This document shows positions 50,601 through 60,031 of a stretch of 64,000 bases of DNA, in pieces. Numbering within the stretch: the stretch's first letter is position 1; the number at the start of each line of letters is the position of its first letter. Under the pieces are notes generated by a model, which ran no database searches, was not told the origin of the DNA, and worked only from the letters and a program-made list of their open reading frames with translations. The translations under genes were made by a program, and so were the position numbers. This DNA is from Desulfobacterales bacterium (GTDB lineage: Bacteria; Desulfobacterota; Desulfobacteria; Desulfobacterales; UBA2174): positions 352,001 through 416,000 of the forward strand of contig CAXXWC010000003.1 of the NCBI GenBank assembly GCA_963668645.2. Direction: 5' to 3'.

Positions 50601-53600
50601 TTGATGGGCCGCACCGGTTCGTAGCTGTTGCCGTTGATGCTCCGGTAGCCGACCATGACCCCTTGCAGTTCGGGCAGCACCTGGGTAAAGGCCGCCACCG
50701 TGGTGAGCCAGCGCTTGCGATAGTACTGGAACCAGTTGGCGTAGTTTTGCAGATCTTGGGTAAAGGTCCGTGACAGCAAGGCTGCGGGCACGCCGGCTTC
50801 CTCGACAACGACCAGTTCGTCGTCTTCCACCTTGCTGTCGCCATCGTCGACGTAGCGATAGAACTGACGGGTATCCAGATTCCCGTCGCTGCCGCTGTCG
50901 GCAAAGTTCACCAGGTAAATGTCCTCGCCGCTGTCCAGACTTTTGTTTCCATTGGTATCATCCCAGGTCCAGTAATGGGCCTGGGTGATTTTGGCTGTGG
51001 CCGAGGTGCCGCCGCCACCGCCGCCACCGGGCCAGAAGAGGACAGCATCGGCGATCGTGTTGGTATTATACGTGCTTTGGTTGTCACGTTTGACGGTGAC
51101 CCGCACCACATCACCGGTGCTCCAATGCCAGGTGCCCAGCACCTTCAGGCCGTTCTGGGCCCGGCGCATGGACGTGTTCACCCCCGGTCCCCTGACGGTG
51201 TAAAGGGCGTTCTGGTCGTAGTAATAGCCGGGCCGGACAAAGGCCGAGACTTCGTAATCGCCGTCGGCCGGAATGGTGTAGGTCCAGGTGCCGCTGTTGT
51301 TCCTGGTACTGGTGTACTTATGACGGTTCTGGTAGGCCCCCCAGGCCGAATAGTTGGTGGACCAGTAGTCACCTGTGGAAAAGGCCGGGCTGTTTTCGTC
51401 CACATAGACGGGCACGGCCTCCCCACCGCCACCTTCGATGGCCACGTCCACCGTGTAGTAGGTCTGGCTCAGGTCGAAGAGGTTGCTGCTGCCGGTCTTG
51501 GTCGGGTGCAGCTTGGGGATCTGCACGTCGGCATCGTTCTCGCCGTACCAGGGTTCGTAATCGTAGGCCGGGTTGTAATACATGGCGTTGAAACCGGACC
51601 AGCGCGCTTTCCAGTAGCGCCGGTCGTCTGAGGCGTTCCGGATTTCGCCCAGCACATGCCATGTCTGGCTGGGCCAGAGGTTGTCATCGGTATCAAAAAG
51701 GTAATTATATTTTGTATTGTTGAACCAAAGGACCCCGTCGCTGTCCGTGGTCATGAATTCCCAGTCCATCGAGCCCGAATCGTCGATGACAAACATGATG
51801 TTGGGCGTGGCGGCATTGAGCAGAACGTCCAGCGGCTTGTCGCCCAGGTTAGTGCAAAGGCCCACCGCATCGCAGGAAAGATCGCCATCGAAACAGTTCT
51901 CGTCGATGTTGTTGCCGCAGATCTCCTCGGCCCCCGGGTTGATGTTCGCATCCGAGTCGTCACAATCGCCCATCCCCACGGTCCAGCCGTCGCCGTCGTC
52001 GTCCGGGTCATCCACATCCGCCCGGGCCGTGATGACCGCCGTCTTGGTGATGCTCGATCCGTCGCCGTCGGTTACCGTCAGGCTGACGCTGTAAGTCCCG
52101 ACCAGAATGTAGGTATGGCTCGGGTTCTGCTGGGTACTCGTCTCACCGTCGCCGAAAGTCCAGCCATAGGTAATCGAACTGTCGTCGTAAACCGTGCTCC
52201 GATCGGTAAAGGTCACGGTCAGGGGCACCACTCCGCTGGCCGGTGAAACGGTAAAATCGACATCCGGTTCGGCGTCTTGTGCCGTGATCAGAACCGACGC
52301 GGTGTCGCTGTCCCCGTCGGCCTCGCTGACCGTCAAGGTGACCGTATAGGACCCTTCAAGCGGATAGGTGTGTTCGACACTGTCTGCCGTGGTCATGGTG
52401 GTGGTGCTGCCGTCGCCGAAATCCCAGACGTAACTGGTGATACCGTCGTTGGAGGTCGTCTGGTTGTAGAAGGTAACGGTAAAGGGCTCTGCGCCGCTGC
52501 TTTCATCGGGCGAAAAGGCAGCCACCGGATCGCTGTCGCTGACGATGATGTCCATGGTGGCCGTACTTTGATCCCCGTCGGCCTCCCTGACCGTCAGCGT
52601 CACCGTGTAGGTACCTTCCTGCGCGTAGGTGATCCCCTCGGGATTCTTCTCCGTCCCGCTCATGGCTTGGCCGTTGCCGAAATCCCACGTCCAGGAAACG
52701 ATATCGTCGTAGCTCTCGGAGGTATCGATAAAATTTACCACCAACGGCTCAACGCCTTCAGTGGCCGAAGCCGTAAATCCGGCCACCGGGTCGATGTCAC
52801 CGACGGCCACGGTGACCATAGCGGTGGCAGTGGCCCCGTGCTCGTCAGTGACGGTGTAGTCGAAGGTGTCGGTAACCGTTCCTGAAGCCGCCAGCGCTTT
52901 CAGGGCCGCCGCATCGCGCGGGTCGTAGCTGAAACTGCCGTCCGCATTGACGGTCACCGTCGCACCGAGGACGCTGACCGCGTCATACCCGCCGACGGTC
53001 AAAACGGCGCTGCCGTCCACATCGCTGTCGTTGGCCAAAAGCCCGGCAGCCGCATCGACGGTCAGCACCTCATCCTCGTTGACGGCGTAGGTATCATCCT
53101 CGGCCAGAGGGATATCGTTGACGCCCGTCACCGTCACCGACACCGTCGCCGTTTCATCGAGAACGGTGTCCGAGATGGTATAAGTGAAGGTGTCCACCAC
53201 TGTCTGATCGGCATCCAGGGCCTGCAAGGACGCCGCACCGGTCGGGTCGTAGCTGTAACTGCCGTCTGTTGCGACGCTCACAGCGGCGCCCATGGCACTG
53301 AGGGTGTCATGGGCCGTAACCTCTAACGCATCCCCGTCCACATCGATATCATTGGCCAGCAGTCCGGGGGCGGCACCTGTCAGGAGACTGTCTTCATCCA
53401 CCGGCCCGACGCTGTCATCGTTGGCCACCGGTCTGTCGTTGACCGGTATCACGGCCACGGTAAAGGTCCGTTCCACCCACAGGGCCGCCCCTCCGGCGCT
53501 GTCATCATCGGTTAGCCGCACCGTGATCAAGGCCGTCCCGTTGGCATCGGCCACCGGGGTATAGCTCAGGCTGCCGCCGGCATCTGGGCTGGTATAGGTC

Positions 53601-56600
53601 ACCGTCGGATCCGGGATCAGGGCCGGGTTGTCGCTGGTGGCGGTGATTGTCAGGGTCTGGCTCTCGCCCCCGCCGGCGTCGATCCCGCTCAGCGCAACGG
53701 TTTGCTGGCCGGCATCTTCATCGATCGGCGCCGGATCTTCAATCTCGTCCAGAAGCGGCTGATCGTTGACCGGCGTCACCGTGATGGTAAAGGATCGGAT
53801 TATGGTATCCTGGCCCCCGTTTTCCGTCCCTCCGTTGTCGGTGACGGTTACGGTCATCGTCGCTGTCCCATTGGCGTCGGGCACCAGCGTGAAGTTCAGG
53901 GCACCAAAGGTATTCCCCTGTTCGTAGTTGACCAGCGCGGTCATAATCAGCCCAGGATTGTCCGATACAGCCGTAATGGTCAGGTGTTGCATATCTTCGC
54001 CTGCACCGCCGCCCTGATCGATACCGCTCAACATAACTGTCTGTTGCCCGGCGTCCTCATCGATCGCTGCCAAGTCGGCAATCGTATCCAGTGTCGGTGC
54101 GTCGTTGACCGGGATTATCGTGATGGTGAAGGTGTCGCTGAATGTATCCGCGCCACCGTCGGCCGTGCCACCTTCATCGGTCAAGCTGACGGTTACTACG
54201 GCCTCTCCGTAAGCGTTCGCAGCCGGCGTATAGCTCAGGTCCCCGGTGGCCAGATCCACCGTCGGCTGAGCCGTAAACAGGTCGTTGTTGTCGTTGGTCA
54301 CGGCAAGCGTCAGGCCCTGGCCCGCCTCGTCGGCAGGTCCTGCGCTGAAAACCGTGGCCCATCCGGCCACCGTCTGGGCGCCGGCATCCTCCAGCACACT
54401 CTGGTCCGCTCCCTTGATAAACGACGGCGCGTCGTTGACCGGCGTGACCGTGATGGTGAACGTGTCTTGAAAGGTATTCACGCCCCCGTCGGCCGTACCG
54501 CCGTCGTCGGTGAGGATAACGATCACCGCCGCCGTGCCGTGGGCATTGGCAGCCGGCGTATAGGTCAGGGTGCCGGTGGCCGGATCCAGTGCCGGCTGGG
54601 CCGCAAACAGACTGTTGTTGTCGTTGATTACTGTAAAGACAAGGGTCTGATCCGCCTCGTTGGCAGGCCCTGCGCTGATGTCCGCAGCCCAGCCGGCCAC
54701 CGTCTGGGCGCCGGCATCCTCCAGCACGCTCTGGTCCGCACCCTTGGTAAAGCTCGGCGCATCGTTGACCGGCGTGACCGTAATCGTAAAGGTTTCACTG
54801 AACGCATCGACACCGCCGTTGGACGTTCCCCCGTCGTCGCTCAGGGTGACGGTCACCGTCGCCGTACCGTTGCCGTCATCAGCCGGCTTATAGGTCAGCG
54901 TACCACTGACCGCATCCACCGCCGGTTGCACCGCGAACAAGTCGTTGTTGTCGTTGGTGACAGTAAAAGCAAGCGTTTGGCCCGCCTCATCGGCAGGTCC
55001 CGCGCTGATGTCGGTGGCCCACCCGGCCACCGTTTGGGCACCGGCGTCCTCCAGCACGCTCTGATCCGCACCCTTGGTAAAACTCGGCGCATCGTTGACC
55101 GGCGTGACCGTGATGGTGAAGGTATCGCTGAATTCATCGACACCCCCGTTGGCCGTGCCGCCGTCGTCGCTCAAAGCGACGGTCACCGTGGCCGTACCGT
55201 GGGCGTCCGCAGCCGGCGTGTAGATCAGGTCACCACTGGCCGGATCCACCGCAGGCTGATCCGCAAACAGACCGTTGTTGTCGTTGGTCGCGGTAAAAAC
55301 AAGGGTCTGGCCCGCCTCGTTGGCAGGGCCTGCATTGATGGCCGTAGCCCAGCCGGCCACCGTCTGGGCACCGGCGTCCTCCAGAACGTTCTGATCCGCA
55401 CCCTTGACAAAGCTCGGCGCATCGTTGACCGGCGTGACCATGATAGTGAACGTGTCGCTGAACGCATCGCTGCCCCCGCCACCCGTCCCGCCGTTGTCGC
55501 TCAGGGTGACGATCACCACGGCCTCACCGTGGGCGTCCGTAGCCGGCGTATAGGTCAGGGTGCCGGTAGCCGGATCAACCGCAGGCTGAACCGCAAACAG
55601 ACCGTTGTTGTCGTTGGTGAGAATGAAGGCAAGCGCCTGGCCCGCCTCGTTGACCGGTCCCGTGCTGATATCCGTGGCCCATCCGGCCACCGTCTGGTCG
55701 CCGGCGTCCTCCAGCACGCTCTGATCCGCACCCTTGGTAAATGACGGCGCATCGTTGACCGGTACGACCTTGATGATGAAGGTATCGCTAAATTCATCGA
55801 CACCCCCGTCGGCCGTCCCGCCGTCGTCGCGCAGAGTGACGGTCACCGTCGCCGTGCCGTGAGCGTCCGTAGCCGGCGTATAGGTCAGGGTGCCGGTAGA
55901 CGGATCAACCGCAGGCTGGGCCGCAAACAGATCGTTGTTGTCGTTGGTCACGCTAAAGGTAAGAATCTGTCCGGCTTCGTTGGAAGGTCCGGCGCTGATG
56001 TCCGCGGCCCATCCAACCACCGTCTGGGCACCGGCGTCTTCCAGAACGCTCTGATCCGCTCCCTTGGTAAAACTCGGCGCGTCGTTGACCGGTGTCACCT
56101 TGATGGTGAACATCTCGCTAAAGGAATCGTTTCCCCCGTTGAGTGTCCCGCCGTCGTCGGTCAGGATGACGGTCACCGTGGCCGTGCCATGGGCGTCCGC
56201 GGCCGGCGTATACGTCAGGGTGCCGGTGGCCGGATCCAGTGCCGGCTGATCGGCAAACAGCCCGTTGTTGTCGTTGGTCAGGGTAAAGGTGAGGACTTGG
56301 TCTGCCTCGTTGGCCGGCCCCGCACTGATGTCGGTGGCCCACCCGGCCACCGTTTGGGCACCGGCGTCTTCCAGCATGCTCTGGTCCGCCCCTTTGGTAA
56401 AGCTCGGCGCGTCGTTGACCGGGGTGACCGTGATGGTAAAAGTCTCGCTGAACGTATCCACGCCCCCGTCGGTCGTCCCCCCGTCGTCGGTCAAGGTGAC
56501 GGTCACCGTGGCCGTGCCGTGAGCGTCCGTAGCCGGCGTATAGGTCAGGATGCCGGTGGCCACGTCCACCGATGGTTGAACCGCAAACAGCCCGTTGTTG

Positions 56601-59600
56601 TCGTTGGTCAGGGTAAAGGTGAGGGCCTGGCCCGCCTCGTTGGCAGGTCCAGCGCTGATGGCCGTGGCCCACCCGGCCACCGTCTGGGCTCCGGCGTCTT
56701 CCAGCACGCTCTGGTCCGCTCCCTTGGTAAAGCTCGGCGCATCGTTGACCGGGCTCACCGTAATCGTGAACGTATCGCTGAATGCGTCGACGCCCCCGTC
56801 GGCTGTGCCGCCATCGTCGGTCAAAGTGACGGTCACCGTGGCCAAGCCGTGGGCGTTCGCAACCGGCGTGTAGGTCAGGGTGCCCGTGGCCGGATCCAGT
56901 GCCGGCTGGACCGCAAACAGCCCGTTGTTGTCGTTGGTCAGGGTAAAGGTGAGGACTTGGCCCGCCTCGTTGGCAGGTCCAGCGCTGATGGCCGTGGCCC
57001 ACCCGGCCACCGTCTGGGCTCCGGCGTCTTCCAGCACGCTCTGGTCCGCTCCCTTGGTAAAGCTCGGCGCGTCGTTGACCGGGGTGACCGTGATGGTAAA
57101 CGTATCGGTGAATGCATCCACGCCCCCGTCGGCTGTCCCCCCGTCGTCGGTCAAGGTGACGGTCACCGTGGCCGTGCCGTGGGCGTTCGCAACCGGCGTG
57201 TAGGTCAGGGTGCCGGTAGTCGGATCCACCGCCGGCTGGACCGTAAACAGCCCGTTGTTGTCGTTGGTCAGGGTAAAGGTGAGGACTTGGCCTGCCTCGT
57301 TGGCCGGACCCGCACTGATGTCGCTGGCCCACCCGGCCACCGTCTGGGCACCGGCGTCCTCCAGCACGTTCTGGTCCGCTCCCTTGGTAAAGCTCGGCGC
57401 ATCGTTGACCGGGCTCACCGTAATCGTGAACGTATCGCTGAATGCGTCGACGCCCCCGTCGGCTGTGCCGCCGTCGTCGGTCAAAGTGACGGTCACCGTG
57501 GCCAAGCCGTGGGCGTTCGCAACCGGCGTGTAGGTCAGAGTGCCCGTGGCCGGATCCAGTGCCGGCTGGACCGCAAACAGCCCGTTGTTGTCGTTGGTCA
57601 GGGTAAAGGTGAGGACTTGGCCCGCCTCGTTGGCAGGTCCAGCGCTGATGGCCGTGCCCCACCCGGCCACCGTCTGGGCACCGGCGTCTTCCAGCACGCT
57701 CTGGTCCGCTCCCTTGGTAAAGCTCGGCGCGTCGTTGACCGGGGTGACCGTGATGGTAAACGTATCGGTGAATGCATCCACGCCCCCGTCGGCTGTCCCC
57801 CCGTCGTCGGTCAAGGTGACGGTCACCGTGGCCGTTCCGTGGGCGTCCGCAGCCGGCGTGTAGGTCAGGGTGCCCGTGGCCGGATCCACCGCCGGCTGGA
57901 CCGTAAACAGCCCGTTGTTGTCGTTGGTCAGGGTAAAGGTGAGGGCCTGGCTTGCCTCGTCGGCAGGTCCAGCGCTGATGTCCGCGGCCCACCCGGCCAC
58001 CGTCTGGGCACCGGCGTCTTCCAGCACGCTCTGGTCCGCCCCTTTGGTGAACGAGGGGCCATCGTTGACCGGGGTCACCGTTATGGTAAAAGTCTCGCTG
58101 AACGTATCCACGCCCCCGTCGGCCGTCCCCCCGTCGTCGGTCAAAGTGACGGTCACCGTGGCCGTGCCGTGAGCGTCCGCAGCCGGCGTATAGGTTAAAT
58201 CGCCGCTGCTTATATCCATCTGCGGTTGCACCGCGAACAAATCGTTGTTGTCGTTGGTGACACTAAAGGCAAGCACCTGGCCGGCTTCATCGGCAGGTCC
58301 CGCACTGATGTCCGCGGCCCATCCGGATACCGTCTGGGCACCGGCGTCTTCCAGCACGCTCTGGTCCACTCCCTTGGTAAACGACGGTGCGTCGTTGACC
58401 GGCGTTACCGTGATGGTAAAAGTGTCGCTGAACGCATCCACGCCCCCGTCGGCCGTGCCCCCGTTGTCGCTCAGGGTGACGGTCACCATGGCCGTACCGT
58501 GGGCGTCGGCGGCTGGGGTATAGGTCAAATCGCCGCTGGCCGGATCCACCGACGGCTGGGTCTCAAACAGGTCGTTATTGTCGTTGGTTGCCGTGAAAAC
58601 AAGAGTCTGACCCGCCTCGTTGGCCGGTCCCGCACTGATATCCGCAGCCCATCCGGATACCGTCTGGGCACCAGCGTCCTCAAGCGCGCCCTGATCCGCA
58701 CCCTTGGTAAACGACGGCGCGTCGTTGACCGACGTCACCGTGATGGTGAACTTGTCGCTGAACGCATCCACGCCCCCGTCGGCCGTGCCCCCGTCATCGC
58801 TCAGAGTGACGGTCACCGTGGCCGTGCCGTTGGCGTCATCAGCCGGTGTATAGGTCAAGTCGCCGCTGGCCGGATCCACCGACGGCTGGACCGCAAACAG
58901 GCCGTTGTTGTCGTTGGTCACGGCAAAGGCGAGGCTCTGGCCCGCCTCGTCGGCAGGTCCGGCACTGATGGCTGTGGCCCACCCGAACACCGTCTGGGGG
59001 CCGGCGTCCTCCAGGATGCTCTGGTCCGCTCCCTTGGTAAAGGTTGGCATATCATTGACCGGAGTAATGTTGATCGTGATGGTGGCTTCCAGACTTTCGT
59101 CGATCCCGCCGTTGTCCGTTCCGCCGCTGTCCCGGACCACGAATCGAAAGATCTGCTGGCTGACATCATCAAGGGCCGGGGTAAAAAAAAGTTCAGCGTC
59201 CGATAGCGTATACGGAACCGTCGCAATCGCAGTCCCGCCGGAAGTCTCGCTCAGGGTGCCGCTGGCCGGCAGGCTGGTGACGACAAAGGTCAGGGTCTGG
59301 ACCGCATCCGTTTCGCCGTCGTCCCCGGTCAGGGTGACGGCCTTCTCTGTGTCCTCAAAGGTTTCGATGGTTTGGTCATCGGCGCTGGGCGCGTCGTTGA
59401 TCGATACGACAAAAAGTTGAGAAGTCGTGGAGACATAGGGGTTGTGTGGACTGTCGCGAATCCAGTGCCAGATCGTCCGCGTCGCCGTCGAGGGAGCGTC
59501 GCTGGTGTTTTTGAATGTGACAGCCCGCAAGACGCTTTGAAACGCCTCCGGCGACGCGGGACCAACGAAATGAAGATACATGTAAGTCCCGGTGTAATTG

Positions 59601-59896
59601 CTGTCCACTGTAATCCCCGCAGGCAGCGGGCTGGGCGCGACGAGAATATCTTTGTACGGTTCGAAACCGTCTGAAATCTGCACCCAGGCCTCATAAATAT
59701 CGCTGTCCGGATCGCTGACGGTGATATTGCCGTTGACGATCTGGGGGGAATCCCCCTCGGTGTACGTCGAGGAACCCGGAGCGGAGATCGTCGGGGAATC
59801 CGCCAAGGCCGTAAAGACGGCCAACAGGAGAGCCGCATTGGCAAGCGTCAGCCAGAAGGCAAGCACCTTCTTGTTCACCCTGAACATGGTTTTCAT
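47687..59896 (-). CDS. pilY1: Giant PilY1/PilC type IV pilus tip adhesin with N-terminal cadherin/Ig-like array (4069 aa)
   Basis: Signal peptide; vWA PNIMFVIDDSGSM; propeller motifs LGDIVHSAP, GANDGMLHAF, E.FAYVP, GLGKGG, GNGYNS, Ca loop DVNNDDLVD, AGDL.GNLWKFD, GTGKYL, GWYFDL; ends YWREVD; follows pilX. Confidence 0.93.
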   Translation of the reverse strand: MKTMFRVNKKVLAFWLTLANAALLLAVFTALADSPTISAPGSSTYTEGDSPQIVNGNITVSDPDSDIYEAWVQISDGFEPYKDILVAPSPLPAGITVDSNYTGTYMYLHFVGPASPEAFQSVLRAVTFKNTSDAPSTATRTIWHWIRDSPHNPYVSTTSQLFVVSINDAPSADDQTIETFEDTEKAVTLTGDDGETDAVQTLTFVVTSLPASGTLSETSGGTAIATVPYTLSDAELFFTPALDDVSQQIFRFVVRDSGGTDNGGIDESLEATITINITPVNDMPTFTKGADQSILEDAGPQTVFGWATAISAGPADEAGQSLAFAVTNDNNGLFAVQPSVDPASGDLTYTPADDANGTATVTVTLSDDGGTADGGVDAFSDKFTITVTSVNDAPSFTKGADQGALEDAGAQTVSGWAADISAGPANEAGQTLVFTATNDNNDLFETQPSVDPASGDLTYTPAADAHGTAMVTVTLSDNGGTADGGVDAFSDTFTITVTPVNDAPSFTKGVDQSVLEDAGAQTVSGWAADISAGPADEAGQVLAFSVTNDNNDLFAVQPQMDISSGDLTYTPAADAHGTATVTVTLTDDGGTADGGVDTFSETFTITVTPVNDGPSFTKGADQSVLEDAGAQTVAGWAADISAGPADEASQALTFTLTNDNNGLFTVQPAVDPATGTLTYTPAADAHGTATVTVTLTDDGGTADGGVDAFTDTFTITVTPVNDAPSFTKGADQSVLEDAGAQTVAGWGTAISAGPANEAGQVLTFTLTNDNNGLFAVQPALDPATGTLTYTPVANAHGLATVTVTLTDDGGTADGGVDAFSDTFTITVSPVNDAPSFTKGADQNVLEDAGAQTVAGWASDISAGPANEAGQVLTFTLTNDNNGLFTVQPAVDPTTGTLTYTPVANAHGTATVTVTLTDDGGTADGGVDAFTDTFTITVTPVNDAPSFTKGADQSVLEDAGAQTVAGWATAISAGPANEAGQVLTFTLTNDNNGLFAVQPALDPATGTLTYTPVANAHGLATVTVTLTDDGGTADGGVDAFSDTFTITVSPVNDAPSFTKGADQSVLEDAGAQTVAGWATAISAGPANEAGQALTFTLTNDNNGLFAVQPSVDVATGILTYTPATDAHGTATVTVTLTDDGGTTDGGVDTFSETFTITVTPVNDAPSFTKGADQSMLEDAGAQTVAGWATDISAGPANEADQVLTFTLTNDNNGLFADQPALDPATGTLTYTPAADAHGTATVTVILTDDGGTLNGGNDSFSEMFTIKVTPVNDAPSFTKGADQSVLEDAGAQTVVGWAADISAGPSNEAGQILTFSVTNDNNDLFAAQPAVDPSTGTLTYTPATDAHGTATVTVTLRDDGGTADGGVDEFSDTFIIKVVPVNDAPSFTKGADQSVLEDAGDQTVAGWATDISTGPVNEAGQALAFILTNDNNGLFAVQPAVDPATGTLTYTPATDAHGEAVVIVTLSDNGGTGGGGSDAFSDTFTIMVTPVNDAPSFVKGADQNVLEDAGAQTVAGWATAINAGPANEAGQTLVFTATNDNNGLFADQPAVDPASGDLIYTPAADAHGTATVTVALSDDGGTANGGVDEFSDTFTITVTPVNDAPSFTKGADQSVLEDAGAQTVAGWATDISAGPADEAGQTLAFTVTNDNNDLFAVQPAVDAVSGTLTYKPADDGNGTATVTVTLSDDGGTSNGGVDAFSETFTITVTPVNDAPSFTKGADQSVLEDAGAQTVAGWAADISAGPANEADQTLVFTVINDNNSLFAAQPALDPATGTLTYTPAANAHGTAAVIVILTDDGGTADGGVNTFQDTFTITVTPVNDAPSFIKGADQSVLEDAGAQTVAGWATVFSAGPADEAGQGLTLAVTNDNNDLFTAQPTVDLATGDLSYTPAANAYGEAVVTVSLTDEGGTADGGADTFSDTFTITIIPVNDAPTLDTIADLAAIDEDAGQQTVMLSGIDQGGGAGEDMQHLTITAVSDNPGLIMTALVNYEQGNTFGALNFTLVPDANGTATMTVTVTDNGGTENGGQDTIIRSFTITVTPVNDQPLLDEIEDPAPIDEDAGQQTVALSGIDAGGGESQTLTITATSDNPALIPDPTVTYTSPDAGGSLSYTPVADANGTALITVRLTDDDSAGGAALWVERTFTVAVIPVNDRPVANDDSVGPVDEDSLLTGAAPGLLANDIDVDGDALEVTAHDTLSAMGAAVSVATDGSYSYDPTGAASLQALDADQTVVDTFTYTISDTVLDETATVSVTVTGVNDIPLAEDDTYAVNEDEVLTVDAAAGLLANDSDVDGSAVLTVGGYDAVSVLGATVTVNADGSFSYDPRDAAALKALAASGTVTDTFDYTVTDEHGATATAMVTVAVGDIDPVAGFTASATEGVEPLVVNFIDTSESYDDIVSWTWDFGNGQAMSGTEKNPEGITYAQEGTYTVTLTVREADGDQSTATMDIIVSDSDPVAAFSPDESSGAEPFTVTFYNQTTSNDGITSYVWDFGDGSTTTMTTADSVEHTYPLEGSYTVTLTVSEADGDSDTASVLITAQDAEPDVDFTVSPASGVVPLTVTFTDRSTVYDDSSITYGWTFGDGETSTQQNPSHTYILVGTYSVSLTVTDGDGSSITKTAVITARADVDDPDDDGDGWTVGMGDCDDSDANINPGAEEICGNNIDENCFDGDLSCDAVGLCTNLGDKPLDVLLNAATPNIMFVIDDSGSMDWEFMTTDSDGVLWFNNTKYNYLFDTDDNLWPSQTWHVLGEIRNASDDRRYWKARWSGFNAMYYNPAYDYEPWYGENDADVQIPKLHPTKTGSSNLFDLSQTYYTVDVAIEGGGGEAVPVYVDENSPAFSTGDYWSTNYSAWGAYQNRHKYTSTRNNSGTWTYTIPADGDYEVSAFVRPGYYYDQNALYTVRGPGVNTSMRRAQNGLKVLGTWHWSTGDVVRVTVKRDNQSTYNTNTIADAVLFWPGGGGGGGTSATAKITQAHYWTWDDTNGNKSLDSGEDIYLVNFADSGSDGNLDTRQFYRYVDDGDSKVEDDELVVVEEAGVPAALLSRTFTQDLQNYANWFQYYRKRWLTTVAAFTQVLPELQGVMVGYRSINGNSYEPVRPIKVTGETDYAEYLINKLKNFHQVRNPASTPLRDGLNKVGLYFHTTETTGSLERELRTSPLSTDAGGACQQNFAIIMTDGAWNGGAAGFGNIDGDHGAPYADDFPNTLADIAMYYYENDLAPAIADEVPTNFYDKATWQHMVTYGVTFGVEGYNNPDDYDLYNLDVDARTYPTWHSPLGDDTSAKIDDVYHAAINGRGQFLSAKNPQELIAMIKEVMNDVVARIGSGAGVTINGEELDTGSTVYQTIYNTDGWSGDVKAYALDSETGEVIRSSYIWSAEEELYAQNWDTGRKIATYNGIGGLPFRYYSSQTALFDLLSTDATTAEEMVDYLRGDSSLEVKNGGAYRTRYFKINDLTKRDSKLGDIVHSAPVYHSYTYNGTDYKMVYAGANDGMLHAFNANTGQEVFAYVPRLVFNHLKNLTDPDYNHQFFVDLTPYVTFVTDSGQSKTYLVGGLGKGGKGYYALDVTHPMGITSESDLATKVMWEYPKNDLLITGATNATPIVITTNINHGLSTDSRVEISGVESNTAANGYFKVTALSATTFSLQDTDGANTSGSGTYSGGGRLCPDPDLGYSYSRAFIVNSTIGYVVIFGNGYNSSNGNAVFYVLDAHTGALLKKIDTGFGTSGGDACNGLSTPVLIDVNNDDLVDYAYAGDLRGNLWKFDLTGSSIDDWVVTYNTEADRSGTPMPLFTAQDALGNGQPITTMPDVMRPLDTSQDGYIVVFGTGKYLGSTDFSSTRVQSIYGIWDFGDDEDPTEYLGSFERTATNTLSNLSSMSSLLHQEKLLDVLIEGQYLRVLTDYSVNYLWENDDDSGQQPNPSTNEANNVGWYFDLPDSKERVIRDVTIRSGKAIVISSIPNTNPCSAGGESWLYELDAASGSRLTEPQFDYNQDGILDERDLLKIENPEWNDGSDVDRYIYVAPTAIWYPTMVFNPTIMAVQKREEIKLMSTAAGSIIDLMERGEDVGLVYWREVD
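54110..59059 (-). repeat. 15 tandem 330-bp (110-aa) cadherin-like repeats
   Basis: The VND(A)P(S)F.KG.DQ motif recurs exactly every 330 bp from 59059 to 54439; the next (divergent) VNDAP starts at 54109. Confidence 0.95.
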
Positions 59897-60031
59897 GATA
59901 GATGTCCTCGTTCGACCCGATCCGGCGGCAGATGTGAACTGCGTGCACCGATTCGTCTTTTGAGCTGCACTTGCCTCAATGTTGCGCGGCTCATCCTCGA
60001 GTCACGTCTTGCGGATCGATTGCCTCGGTAA

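Noticed and set aside
53702..58198. Long alternative-frame repetitive ORFs (680, 779, 624 aa)
   Set aside because: By-products of the stop-poor 330-bp pilY1 repeats; Arg/Gly-rich and motif-free.
54110..59059. Repeat array as CRISPR or DGR template/variable repeats
   Set aside because: Units are contiguous in-frame coding repeats without spacers. Differences are not adenine-specific, and there is no cas or reverse transcriptase gene.
59183..59190. T8 run early in pilY1 as a phase-variation tract
   Set aside because: Short, in frame (Leu-Phe-Phe), and an equal run occurs in dnaX (35482-35489).
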